DNA of 64,000 nucleotides from Clostridia bacterium (GTDB lineage Bacteria; Bacillota; Clostridia; Christensenellales; CAG-138): positions 910-64,909 of the forward strand of contig JAFWJN010000028.1 in assembly GCA_017514685.1 (NCBI GenBank), read 5' to 3'. This document shows, in pieces, positions 30,163-40,258 of the stretch (its first letter is position 1; the number at the start of each line of letters is the position of its first letter). Under the pieces are notes generated by a model. The model saw only the letters and a program-made list of their open reading frames with translations. It was not told the origin of the DNA and did no database searches. Both the position numbers and the translations under genes were made by a program.

Positions 30163-32081
30163 TGCCGAGAGAATCCTCCTTCAACAGCAAGATGGGCGGT
30201 AAGCGTGCCGAGAATCCGGCGAAAACCCTGCTCCGTCTGATGCGGTATTATAAAAACTGCAAAGTGGAAATGATCGTGGCGGTAATCGGGATCCTTGTCT
30301 ATTCTGCCGCAACGACTCTGACCTATTATATGCTCGATCCGCTGGTATCGGTCCTGGAAGGCGGCATGAATGCCGACATGGCACGGTACGCGACGCTTCT
30401 GATTGCGATGGGAATCCTTTATGCGCTGGGCTGCGGAACAAACTATCTGTTCAACCGGCTGATGCTGACCTGCGCAGCCAGAATCATGTGCGCGCTCCGA
30501 AAAGAGATGTTTGCAAAGATGCAGACCCTTCCGATCTCGTTTTTCGACGGGCATACGCACGGCGAATTAATGAGTTATTACACCAACGATATTGACGCGA
30601 TACGAGAGCTGGTGCAGAATTCCATCACGCAGATGCTGATTTCCGTTACTTCTCTGATCGCTTATGTCGCAATGATGATCTATCTGTCGATCCCGCTGTT
30701 TATGATTGCGATCGTAATGTGCGTGTGCATTTATTACATCATCAGGATCATCGGCGGCCGGAGCCGTAAAAACTTCCAGAAACAGCAGAAAGCGCTGTCC
30801 GGCCTTAACGGGTATATTGAGGAAATGATGGAAGGGCAGAAAGTAGTCAAGGTGTTCAACCATGAAAAACCCGGCATTGCTGCGTTTAATACCCGAAATG
30901 AAGAACTGTGCAAAGTCGCGACCGACGCCAATACGTTTGCCAACCTGATCGGACCGGTCATGAACAATCTGTCGCATATCTTCTATGCTCTGATCTGCAC
31001 GGTAGGCGTACTGCTGGCAGCTCCGATTCCCGGTGAGCCTTTCATTGCCGAAGGAACATTTTTTGCGGAGCATCAGCTGCTGCTGGTTCAGGGCGCTGCG
31101 CTGATTGCATTTTTGCAGTATGTACGTCAGTTTGCAAACCGCATCTCCCAGATTTCACAGCAGTTCAATGCGATTCTTCTTGCGCTCGCAGGCGCGGAGC
31201 GTCTGTTTACATTGATGGATATGCCTGCGGAAACAGACGAAGGAACGGTGACGCTGGTGAACGCAGAAGAAAAAGACGGGGTTCTGGTTGAAACAGATCA
31301 CCGTACGGGGAAATGGGTATGGAAACGCGGCGAAGAGCTGATTCCGCTCAGAGGCGAAGTGACATTCAAAGATGTTGATTTCTCATATGACGGAAAGAAA
31401 CAGGTTCTGAACAATCTGACGCTTTACGCAAAGCCAGGGCAAAAGATTGCGTTTGTAGGCTCAACAGGCGCCGGAAAGACAACGATCACGAATCTGATCA
31501 ACCGTTTCTACGACATTACGGACGGAACGATCACGTATGATGGAATCCCGGTCCGGGAGATCAAGAAAGACTCGCTTCGGTCTTCGCTCGGGATGGTTCT
31601 GCAGGAAACGCATCTGTTCACAGGGACTGTGATGGAAAATATCAGGTACGGAAAACTGGACGCAACAGATGAAGAATGCATCCGGGCAGCTAAAATCGCG
31701 AATGCTGATTTCTTTATCTCTCATTTGCCGGAAGGATATAACACGATGCTTGTATCGGACGGCGCGAACCTTTCCCAGGGGCAGAGACAGTTGATCTCCA
31801 TTGCCCGCGCGGCTGTTTCCGATCCGCCGGTTCTGATTCTAGATGAGGCGACCAGTTCGATTGATACGCGTACGGAAAAACTGATCGAAAAAGGAATGGA
31901 CTCGCTCATGAAAGGCCGTACGGTGTTCGTTATCGCCCACCGGCTGTCCACGGTTCGGAACGCGAATTGCATCATGGTTCTGGAGCATGGAGAAATCATT
32001 GAGCGCGGAGAGCATGACGACCTTCTGAAACAGAAAGGAAAGTATTATCAGCTCTACACAGGCGCGTTTGAATTGACTTAA
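30162..32081 (+). CDS. ABC exporter subunit B (TMD+NBD)
   Basis: GSTGAGKTT, LSQGQ, LDEAT and IAHR motifs; 1-nt overlap with subunit A. Confidence 0.93.
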   Translation: MPRESSFNSKMGGKRAENPAKTLLRLMRYYKNCKVEMIVAVIGILVYSAATTLTYYMLDPLVSVLEGGMNADMARYATLLIAMGILYALGCGTNYLFNRLMLTCAARIMCALRKEMFAKMQTLPISFFDGHTHGELMSYYTNDIDAIRELVQNSITQMLISVTSLIAYVAMMIYLSIPLFMIAIVMCVCIYYIIRIIGGRSRKNFQKQQKALSGLNGYIEEMMEGQKVVKVFNHEKPGIAAFNTRNEELCKVATDANTFANLIGPVMNNLSHIFYALICTVGVLLAAPIPGEPFIAEGTFFAEHQLLLVQGAALIAFLQYVRQFANRISQISQQFNAILLALAGAERLFTLMDMPAETDEGTVTLVNAEEKDGVLVETDHRTGKWVWKRGEELIPLRGEVTFKDVDFSYDGKKQVLNNLTLYAKPGQKIAFVGSTGAGKTTITNLINRFYDITDGTITYDGIPVREIKKDSLRSSLGMVLQETHLFTGTVMENIRYGKLDATDEECIRAAKIANADFFISHLPEGYNTMLVSDGANLSQGQRQLISIARAAVSDPPVLILDEATSSIDTRTEKLIEKGMDSLMKGRTVFVIAHRLSTVRNANCIMVLEHGEIIERGEHDDLLKQKGKYYQLYTGAFELT

Positions 32082-32093
32082 GCTACAAAATAG

Positions 32094-32130
32094 AAAATCC
32101 CTTTTCCGCATGAAAGCGGGAAAGGGATTT
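32094..32130. terminator. Bidirectional terminator between the ABC pair and degV
   Basis: AAATCCCTTTTCCGC-ATGAAA-GCGGGAAAGGGATTT. Confidence 0.75.
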
Positions 32131-32147
32131 GTCTCGTTTTGGAATGA

Positions 32148-32990
32148 TTATTTCCGGTAGAACAGAATGCCGAGGGTGTTCGGACCGCAGTGGTTTGAAA
32201 CTGTGCAGCCGGCACGGGTGTGATAGATTTTTTCGAACGGGAGAGTTTCTTTCAGCAATTTTTCAACCGACTGCCATCTTTCATCTGAAATACCGGAATC
32301 AGTTACAAAGATTCTGCGGGTGTCAACGGTATCCAGATCACCCAGCTGATCGATTACATAGCGCAGAAGTGCGCGATCCAGAGACATGCGGTATTTCTTC
32401 CCAACGACCATCTTGCCGTCTTTTACGATGATTGTGGGTTTCAGGTTCAGAAGATTGGCTCCAAGAGCGACAACCGAACTGCAGCGTCCGCCGAGAGCAA
32501 GATATTTCAAGGTGTCGATGACAAAGCTGACATCGAGCTTCTTTTTCCTCTCGTTCAGAATATCAACGATTTCCTTGGGATTTTTTCCCTCTGCAGCCAT
32601 TTCTGCGGCATCCAGGACCAGATGACCGATTCCGGTGGAAAGGTTCCTGGAGTCGATGACGTAAACATTCTGGAACTCTTCCGCAGCGATGCATGCATTC
32701 TGATAGCAGGAAGACATTTCACTGCTGATTGTGAAATGAATGATCGCATCATAACCCTGCAGATGCTCTCTGAAGAAGGAGAGATAATCGGATACATTCA
32801 GAGCAGCGGTGGAGCCGACCTTCTTGGTGCGCTCAACATATTCATAAACTTTATCCGGGGTGATTTCGATGGTATCTTTATAGGATTTGCCATCCAGAAC
32901 GACATAGAGCGGTGAAATTGCAATCTGGTACTGCTCGATCAGTTCCGGAGACAGATCACATGTGCTGTCTGATGTAACGCGAATTCGCAT
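32148..32990 (-). CDS. DegV/FakB fatty-acid-binding protein (start probably ATG 32990)
   Basis: DSTCDL, ISSEMSS.Y, IDSRNLS, L..GGR and HCGP motifs; GGAGG RBS. Confidence 0.92.
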   Translation of the reverse strand: MRIRVTSDSTCDLSPELIEQYQIAISPLYVVLDGKSYKDTIEITPDKVYEYVERTKKVGSTAALNVSDYLSFFREHLQGYDAIIHFTISSEMSSCYQNACIAAEEFQNVYVIDSRNLSTGIGHLVLDAAEMAAEGKNPKEIVDILNERKKKLDVSFVIDTLKYLALGGRCSSVVALGANLLNLKPTIIVKDGKMVVGKKYRMSLDRALLRYVIDQLGDLDTVDTRRIFVTDSGISDERWQSVEKLLKETLPFEKIYHTRAGCTVSNHCGPNTLGILFYRK

Positions 32991-33098
32991 ATTGACCTCC
33001 AATGTGAAATAAGTCATGTTATTCTATCATATATAGTCTGTGAAAAGCAAGTTTTTTGGCAATATTTCGAAGAATGGAGGCAAAAATACGGTCTGCTG

Positions 33099-33180
33099 AA
33101 AAAAAGAAGCCGTTTGAAGAAACGGCTCCTTACTTCAAAGCACTATCCGAGGAAGGGGTTCGGAAACAGTTGCTTCGAAA
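33099..33180 (-). ncRNA. Putative standalone small RNA (long hairpin with C-rich loop plus terminator)
   Basis: Minus strand: TTCGAAGCA..TCCGA-ACCCCTTCC-TCGGA..TGCTTTGAA then GGAGCCGTTT-CTTC-AAACGGCTTC-T7; no ORF; bounded by the glgP terminator and the degV promoter. Confidence 0.5.
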
Positions 33181-33236
33181 TAAATGATATGTATCATTTA
33201 CAAAGAAGTTATAACAGAGAAAACTTAAAAATAATT

Positions 33237-33272
33237 AAAAAAGCATCTTCAAAATAATTGAAAATGCTTTTT
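33237..33272 (-). terminator. Terminator after glgP
   Basis: AAAAAGCATCTTCAA..TTGAAAATGCTTTTT inverted repeat. Confidence 0.6.
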
Positions 33273-33290
33273 GAAAACAACATTTAATAA

Positions 33291-35660
33291 TTAAAACAAT
33301 TTGATGGAATCAGGGATATTGAGCGGTTCAATATGCCAGATTTCGTCTGCGTACTGCTGAATGGAACGGTCTGAACTGAATTTGCCGGCGGATGCGGTGT
33401 TCATCAGGCACTTTCTGCCGAATGTCAGACGATCCTGATAATCATAGAGCGCACGAACTTTGGTATCAATGTAGGGCAGGAGTTCCTGCAGAACAAAATA
33501 GTAGTCCGGCTTCTGCCAGCTGCTTCCGAAGAGCAGGGAGCGATGCAGATCGGCGAGAACGCCTGTGCCGTTATCGTTGAAAGTTCCGTCGACTAAAGTG
33601 TCGAGAATCCGGCGGACACGAGGTTCATAATCATAGATGACTTTCGGATTGTAACGGGGACGCAGAGCATTGAGATCCTGCACGCTGTAGCCGAAGATGT
33701 AATTGTTTTCCTTGCCGGCCTGCTCTACGATCTCGATGTTTGCACCGTCATAGGTTCCAAGCGTTACAGCACCGTTCAGCATCAGTTTCATATTGCCGGT
33801 ACCGGATGCTTCCGTACCTGCCGGAGAGATCTGCTCGGAGATATCCGCCGCCGGAATGATGTGTTCCGCATAAGAGCAGTTATAGTTCTGAACAAACACA
33901 ACACGCATACGGTCGTTCACATCGGGATCAGCATTGACCTTCTTGGCGATTTCATTGATGAACTTGATGACAGCTTTTGCACGGATATAACCGGGAGCTG
34001 CTTTGGCACCGAAGATAAATGCGGTCGGGGTAAAGTCTTTCAGACGTCCTTCCTTGATTCCAAAGTAAATATCCAGAATTGCGAAAGCATTCAGGATCTG
34101 ACGCTTGTACTCATGCATGCGCTTGACCTGTACGTCAAATGCGAATGTTTCCGGAAGATCAACTCCTTCGCGTTCCAGAATGATTTTCCGGAGCTGGCGC
34201 TTTTTCTCGGTCTTGATGGAGATAAATTCCTTCACGTCTTCATCCGAAAGATGATCCTTGAGACCGGAAAGCAGAGAGAGGTCTTTCAGCCATCCGTCAC
34301 CGACACGCTTTGTGATAAAATCGGAAAGTTCCGGGTTGCTGAGGCCGAGCCAGCGGCGCTGAGTGATGCCGTTTGTCTTGTTCTGGAAACGCTCCGGATA
34401 GAGAAGATACCAGGGACGGAGAACATCATCTTTCAGAATCTGGGTATGGATTTCAGCAACGCCGTTGACATAACTCGATCCGTAGACCGCGAGGTTTGCC
34501 ATGCGGATGACATTATTCGACACGATCGCATAAGGTTCGCAATCCATACCTTTTGACATCAGCTCACCGCACAGCTTTGCGTTGATGCGGTAAACGATAT
34601 CAAAGATCTCGGGAAGAAGATCGCGGAACAGATCAACATTCCATTTTTCGAGCGCTTCCACCATGACGGTATGGTTGGTATAGTTGAATGTCTTCTGAGC
34701 GGTGTCAAACGCTTCCTCGAAGGAGAGGCCTTCCTTCATCAGAAGCCTGATCAGCTCGGGAATGGAGACTGTGGGGTGAGTATCGTTCAGCTGAATCGTG
34801 ACATATTTTGAAAAGTCACTGATCGGCCGGTTTTCTCTCTTGTACCGGAACATGATATCCTGCAGACTGGCGGAAGACAGGAAATACTGCTGCTTCAAGC
34901 GGAGACGCTTGCCGGCGGGGGTAGTATCGTTCGGATAGAGAACGCGGGTAATATCTTCGACTGCATTCTTCTCAAGTACTGCGGAAGAGTATTCCTGATT
35001 GTTGAAAGACTGGAAGTCAAAATCCTGTACGGCTTCGCTCTGCCAGAGACGGAGTGTACCGATGTTGTTTGTGCCGTAACCGATGATAGGCATATCATAC
35101 GGAACGGCGCGGACAGTCTGATCTGAGAAAGAAACCAGAACTTCGTGAGAAGCGCGGCGGCGGCTCCATGGATCGCCAAAGCGCTGCCAGTCGTCTGCGG
35201 ATTCCACTTGAAATCCATTGTTGAAACTTTGTTTGAACAGACCGTACTTATAACGGAGCCCGTATCCGTCAAGAGGAAGGTTCATCGTTGCTGCTGAGTC
35301 AAGATAGCACGCTGCAAGACGACCGAGACCGCCGTTTCCGAGGGCATCGTCTTCGATTTCTTCAAACATTCCCAGATCCAGTCCCTTTTCAGCGAACGCT
35401 TTTTTGACTTCATCCAGAATTCCAAGAGCAAAAAGATTGTTGTAAACACTGCGGCCGGTTAGATACTCGGCGCTGAAATAAAACGCGCTACGTGCCTTTT
35501 CATGGGCGTGACGGCTGGTATACCAGGAATCCGCTATACCGCCCATTACGACGGTCGCAAGCGCGTTGTGCAATTCGTGGGCTTCTGCTTCTTCTAAAGT
35601 CGTTTGATAATCACGCTTCAGTACGAGAGCGATTTTTTCCATAATGGCATCTGCCTGCAT
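33291..35660 (-). CDS. glgP: Glycogen/maltodextrin phosphorylase
   Basis: LGNGGLGRLAAC, QLNDTHP, YTNHT, QVKRMHEYKRQ and PLP site EASGTGNMK. Confidence 0.97.
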   Translation of the reverse strand: MQADAIMEKIALVLKRDYQTTLEEAEAHELHNALATVVMGGIADSWYTSRHAHEKARSAFYFSAEYLTGRSVYNNLFALGILDEVKKAFAEKGLDLGMFEEIEDDALGNGGLGRLAACYLDSAATMNLPLDGYGLRYKYGLFKQSFNNGFQVESADDWQRFGDPWSRRRASHEVLVSFSDQTVRAVPYDMPIIGYGTNNIGTLRLWQSEAVQDFDFQSFNNQEYSSAVLEKNAVEDITRVLYPNDTTPAGKRLRLKQQYFLSSASLQDIMFRYKRENRPISDFSKYVTIQLNDTHPTVSIPELIRLLMKEGLSFEEAFDTAQKTFNYTNHTVMVEALEKWNVDLFRDLLPEIFDIVYRINAKLCGELMSKGMDCEPYAIVSNNVIRMANLAVYGSSYVNGVAEIHTQILKDDVLRPWYLLYPERFQNKTNGITQRRWLGLSNPELSDFITKRVGDGWLKDLSLLSGLKDHLSDEDVKEFISIKTEKKRQLRKIILEREGVDLPETFAFDVQVKRMHEYKRQILNAFAILDIYFGIKEGRLKDFTPTAFIFGAKAAPGYIRAKAVIKFINEIAKKVNADPDVNDRMRVVFVQNYNCSYAEHIIPAADISEQISPAGTEASGTGNMKLMLNGAVTLGTYDGANIEIVEQAGKENNYIFGYSVQDLNALRPRYNPKVIYDYEPRVRRILDTLVDGTFNDNGTGVLADLHRSLLFGSSWQKPDYYFVLQELLPYIDTKVRALYDYQDRLTFGRKCLMNTASAGKFSSDRSIQQYADEIWHIEPLNIPDSIKLF

Positions 35661-35834
35661 TTGTATTTCTCCTACAAAACATTATACTTCAAGAATAATT
35701 CTTATGAATAACCATGTTGATTATAACATAGAGCAGTAGAAAACGAACGCACTTTACAGCCTTTTTGCGTAAAAAATTGGTAAACGGAAAGATGTAAATT
35801 TTGCAGATAAAATCAGGTTTTTTCGCCTTCTGTC

Positions 35835-35863
35835 TTGTGAAATATGAAGAAAGAGAATATAAT
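35835..35863 (+). promoter_or_regulatory. SigA-type promoter of the transglutaminase/Dlt-like locus
   Basis: TTGTGA-17-TATAAT. Confidence 0.6.
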
Positions 35864-35969
35864 TAACCGATAGGCTGTATTTGTGAAAATATGCCTATCA
35901 GAACAGAAGAGGACAGAATCCTCTTCAGTGAAGTATTTTCTGATGAAAACAATCAGAAGGAAGGAACCG

Positions 35970-38165
35970 ATGCAGCGAGCGGACAGGATCCCGATTCCGA
36001 CATACGGGAGATCCGATAATCAGAACAAAAGCATAGATGACAGCTGCAAAAACAAGACAGCGCAGATGAAATCTGCCGGGGCAGAGAACGGAACGAAAGC
36101 AGAACGGAAACGTCCAAGTCTTGCGGCGGGAATACTCGCATGGACGATCATTGTTATTATGGGCGTTACCGGACTGGCTCTGGCGTTTTGCGGTGTGTAT
36201 TATTACGGAACGAAACCCTTCTTGCGAGAAGAGTACGGTTCTCCTCTTATAGAAGCGGAATCCTTTACAGGAATCGCCGGTACGGAATATACCTCCATTC
36301 CTGAGGACATTCTGGAGAAGGGATGGCACCGGCTGATCGTCCGCTCGAATAACAGACTGAGAACTGTATTTTTGCAGATAACGGACACGAAAGCTCCAAG
36401 CGCTGACGGAACAGAAAAGACGATTTCCACGCTGGAAATACTGAAACCGGATCAGATGATCGATCATTTAGCGGATGCCGATATCGTCAAAGTCAGTTAT
36501 CTTCAGGAGCCGGCATTCGGAGTAGAAGGCGACTCAAAGGTGGAGATCCTGCTGGAGGATCTGTCGGGAAACCGGAATACGGTGACATCGTCGCTTCATA
36601 TCAGAGGAACCGTGGAAGGCGGGCTTACCATTGAAGCAGGAGAAGATGCTCCTGCTCCGGAAAGTTTTCTGAGAGGCGGGTATACGGTTCTAGACTGTAC
36701 TCCGATCACGGAGCAGATGCTTCATACTCCGGGCAGATATGAGATCGAAATCAAAACAGCGGAGTATCAGAAACCGTTCCGGTCAGAGCTGACGGTCGTG
36801 GATTCCGTGGCACCGGAGGGAACTACGGTGGTTGTTCTGAAGCAACCGGGCGAAACAGTTCTTCCGGATGAGTTTTTCAGCAGTATTACCGATGAGACAG
36901 AAGTGACGGTATCTTTCGTAAAGGAACCGGATCCGGAGTGCAGAACCTTGCAGGAGGTTGAACTTGCTCTGGAAGACCTGGGAGGAAACCGTGTAAATGC
37001 AACGGGAGAACTCCTTTTCAGCCATGCTGCACTGTCAACCGTTGAAGCCAGGACAGAGCCTCTGACGGAAGCGGAAGTTCTTGCAGGGGCAGAGTATTCA
37101 CAGGCGCAGTTTGTCAGGCATTTTACCCCGGATACCATCGGAACCTATGCAATTGCAATGGTCGTGGACGGCAGTTCTGAGATTGCTCTCGTGAAGGTGG
37201 AGGATACCATTCCTCCCGTTTTAAAAGCAAAGGATAAGACCTGGTTTGTCGGTTATCCTCTGTCAGCAGAGGATCTGTACAGTGAGCTGATTGATGTGAC
37301 CAGCACCTCGGTTGCTCTGGGTACGGACATTGACTGGTCAAAGGAAGGTGTCCAGACTGTTTTGTTGACAGCAAAAGATGCCGCGGGAAATCAATCGAGC
37401 GCCTCGTTGAATCTGACACTTAAAAAAGATACGACCCCGCCGGTCCTGTACGGAGTTCATGACAGGAACTGTTATGTCGGCGAGCCTGTGACATATTTTG
37501 CAGAAGTTTTTGCCGAAGATAATGCAGATCCCAATGTGGTGATAACGGTTGATAAAAGCAAGGTGAATCCGGATCGTGCCGGAATCTATGCGGTAACTTA
37601 TATCGCTACAGATGCAGACGGCAACACCACAAGAAAATCGTGTCGGTTTACTTTTGTAAAGGCATCGGTCACGGAGGAGCAACTGAAGAAGACCGCGGCA
37701 GGCGTCATGGAGAAGATCACGACTCCGGATATGACCCGCACGGAGAAACTGGTTGCCGTCTATGACTATGTCAGAGGACATATCACATATAACGGAAGAT
37801 CGGATAAATCCGACTGGCGGAAGGAAGCCATGAACGGATTCAGGACCGGAAAAGGAGATTGCTTTACCTATTATGCAACGCTGCGTGCCCTGCTGGATCA
37901 GACGGATATTCCGTATATGAGCGTTACACGCAAAGGAGGAGCCACCAGACATTTCTGGCTGATTGTCAATGTCGGAACCGGCTGGTATCATCTCGATGCC
38001 AACCACAGCCGGGCGGTCTCTTACCGGTGCTTCATGTGGACCAATCAGCAGTGCAAGATACTGCCTCCATTCTGGAGATTTGAAGAGTCCATCTATCCGG
38101 AAATTGCAACCGAACTGTTTAATACGGAAGAGGTTATTCAGAAAGAACTGAACGGGGAACTGTAG
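35970..38165 (+). CDS. Membrane-anchored Ig-repeat transglutaminase-like protein 1 (start probably ATG 35970)
   Basis: N-terminal TM; four DTxxP...DxxGN Ig-like modules; C-terminal GDCF...HFW...WYHLD Cys-His-Asp triad. Confidence 0.85.
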   Translation: MQRADRIPIPTYGRSDNQNKSIDDSCKNKTAQMKSAGAENGTKAERKRPSLAAGILAWTIIVIMGVTGLALAFCGVYYYGTKPFLREEYGSPLIEAESFTGIAGTEYTSIPEDILEKGWHRLIVRSNNRLRTVFLQITDTKAPSADGTEKTISTLEILKPDQMIDHLADADIVKVSYLQEPAFGVEGDSKVEILLEDLSGNRNTVTSSLHIRGTVEGGLTIEAGEDAPAPESFLRGGYTVLDCTPITEQMLHTPGRYEIEIKTAEYQKPFRSELTVVDSVAPEGTTVVVLKQPGETVLPDEFFSSITDETEVTVSFVKEPDPECRTLQEVELALEDLGGNRVNATGELLFSHAALSTVEARTEPLTEAEVLAGAEYSQAQFVRHFTPDTIGTYAIAMVVDGSSEIALVKVEDTIPPVLKAKDKTWFVGYPLSAEDLYSELIDVTSTSVALGTDIDWSKEGVQTVLLTAKDAAGNQSSASLNLTLKKDTTPPVLYGVHDRNCYVGEPVTYFAEVFAEDNADPNVVITVDKSKVNPDRAGIYAVTYIATDADGNTTRKSCRFTFVKASVTEEQLKKTAAGVMEKITTPDMTRTEKLVAVYDYVRGHITYNGRSDKSDWRKEAMNGFRTGKGDCFTYYATLRALLDQTDIPYMSVTRKGGATRHFWLIVNVGTGWYHLDANHSRAVSYRCFMWTNQQCKILPPFWRFEESIYPEIATELFNTEEVIQKELNGEL

Positions 38166-38176
38166 AGGAAAAGGAC

Positions 38177-40237
38177 TTGGACGGAGAACAGCAGGAACTG
38201 AATAAAACAACCACCGGAGGTCTTGTTAGAAAGATCATCGGCGCTTTGATTCTGCTGATCGGGGCGGCGGTATCTTTTACGCTGGTGTTTTTTGCCGTCC
38301 ATTATTATGGCGTAAAGCCTGTTGTTGCCTGGGAATACGGAGAGGGAATCCCGGAAATCGATGCGTTCGTTCCGCAAAGGATCGGCAGCTATGTAACGAC
38401 CCTGCCCGGTAAACCTGAGAAAGGCTTGAACCGGCTGACGATAGAGACCGGCGGAAAAGAAAAGACGGTATGGCTTTTTGTCAGGGACACCAAAGCTCCT
38501 CAGGCGGAGCCGGTCAGCTGCACAATCTCGACGAAAACCGTTATGGCACCGAATGAGCTGGTGTCGGGACTCAAGGATGCGGATCGTGTCAAACTGATGT
38601 TCGAGGAAGAGCCTCCGTTCGGACAAGTAGGAGATTATGAGATCCGGATCCTCATGGAGGATGTATCCGGAAACAGCAGCAGTGTCGTGTCCCAAGTTAA
38701 GATCCGGGTTGTTTCCGATCTGGGGGTAACGGTGGAATCGGGCAGTGAAGCCCCTGCAGCGGAAGCGTTTTTAGTGGACGATTATCAAGTCGAATCCATG
38801 ACAGAGATCACGGAAGCCATGCTTCATTCGCCGGGAGAATACCCCATTACACTGACCGTTAACGGAACCGGATACGTTTCCAGACTGACCGTCATCGACA
38901 CAGTGGCTCCGGCAGTGACCAGCAAGACCGTTTTCTGCGAACCGGAGGCGGACATTTTTCCGGAGATGTTTATTGAGTCGGTTGAAGATGAAAGCGAGAC
39001 CCACGCGGAATTTATCACTCCTCCGGATCCCGACAACAGAGATTTTCAGACAGTAGAGATTGCTGTGACCGATGCGGGCGGCAATGTTACAAACTTTCAG
39101 GCAGGGCTTTTATTAACGCATTCCGTTCCGTTTGTTGTAGAAGCGAGGAATACCAAACTTACCGTTGAAGAATGCCTCAAAGACACGGAATATGAGTACG
39201 CTCTGTTCATCAAAGATTTTATTCCGAATACGGTCGGGTTCTATGCGGTTTATCTTCAGGTGGACGGAAAGCCGGAGATGGCGCTTGTGGAAGTCATCGA
39301 CACAACCGCACCGGTCATCAAGACAGCGAATTTCAAAGGCTTTACCGATCATCCGAAGGAAGCATCTGCACTTTGCACAGTCTCGGATGTCACCGCAACA
39401 ACCGTCAGTTATGAGACGGAAGTGGACTGGTCACTGGAGGGAACACAGACTGCCGTTGTCCGAGCGGTGGATGCTGCAGGTAATTCTGCTACGCTGTCCG
39501 TGACGCTGACACTGGCGGTCGATACGCAGCCTCCCGTTCTGTATGGAATCAAACAGCGCTTTTTCTATCTGGATGAGCCGATCTCCTACCTCTCCGGCAT
39601 CGCTGCAGTGGATAATGCGGACGGAGAGGTCGAGATCAAGGTGGACACCAGCCAGATCGATACGACAAAGGTGGGTTCCTATTATGTCACCTATTCGGCA
39701 ACAGATACTGCAGGCAATACGGTTTCGAAGCGGTCGGTCATTACGATTAAGATGACGACGGCAAAAAATGCGGACAAACTGGATCGCTATGTGGAACAGA
39801 TACTGGCGGACATTCTGAAAGAAGACATGACGCCGGGACAGAAGGCGGTCGCTATCTATAATTATGTTTATAACCATGTGCGCTATAAAGCTTCGTCCGA
39901 TAAGTCGGATTGGAGAAAGGAAGCAATAAGAGGAATCCAGAGAGGAAGAGGAGACTGCTTCACTTCCAATTCTGTTGCAAGAGCTCTTCTGGAAGAATGC
40001 GGAATCAGCGTGCTGCCGATCACAAGGCTCAGCAAGAATACGCATCATTACTGGCTTTTAGTCAATGCCGGAACCGGATGGTATCACTTTGACGCGACCA
40101 ACTCCCGCGAGCACGGATTCAAATGCTGTATGTGGACAGATGCGCAGTGTTCGGTCATGGGCTCTTTCTGGAGATATGAAAAGAATATTTACCCCGCTGT
40201 GTCAAAGGAGCGGTTTGATCCTGCAAAAACAGCATAG
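38177..40237 (+). CDS. Membrane-anchored Ig-repeat transglutaminase-like protein 2 (paralog of protein 1)
   Basis: Same architecture; GDCF...HYW...WYHFD triad; TTG start. Confidence 0.85.
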   Translation: MDGEQQELNKTTTGGLVRKIIGALILLIGAAVSFTLVFFAVHYYGVKPVVAWEYGEGIPEIDAFVPQRIGSYVTTLPGKPEKGLNRLTIETGGKEKTVWLFVRDTKAPQAEPVSCTISTKTVMAPNELVSGLKDADRVKLMFEEEPPFGQVGDYEIRILMEDVSGNSSSVVSQVKIRVVSDLGVTVESGSEAPAAEAFLVDDYQVESMTEITEAMLHSPGEYPITLTVNGTGYVSRLTVIDTVAPAVTSKTVFCEPEADIFPEMFIESVEDESETHAEFITPPDPDNRDFQTVEIAVTDAGGNVTNFQAGLLLTHSVPFVVEARNTKLTVEECLKDTEYEYALFIKDFIPNTVGFYAVYLQVDGKPEMALVEVIDTTAPVIKTANFKGFTDHPKEASALCTVSDVTATTVSYETEVDWSLEGTQTAVVRAVDAAGNSATLSVTLTLAVDTQPPVLYGIKQRFFYLDEPISYLSGIAAVDNADGEVEIKVDTSQIDTTKVGSYYVTYSATDTAGNTVSKRSVITIKMTTAKNADKLDRYVEQILADILKEDMTPGQKAVAIYNYVYNHVRYKASSDKSDWRKEAIRGIQRGRGDCFTSNSVARALLEECGISVLPITRLSKNTHHYWLLVNAGTGWYHFDATNSREHGFKCCMWTDAQCSVMGSFWRYEKNIYPAVSKERFDPAKTA

Positions 40238-40258
40238 TAAAAGGACGGAAGAAAAGCA

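Noticed and set aside
28348-32081. Degenerate ATPase motifs (LDDST, IAQR, LSQGQ) as a sign of decay
   Set aside because: Expected asymmetric sites of heterodimeric ABC exporters
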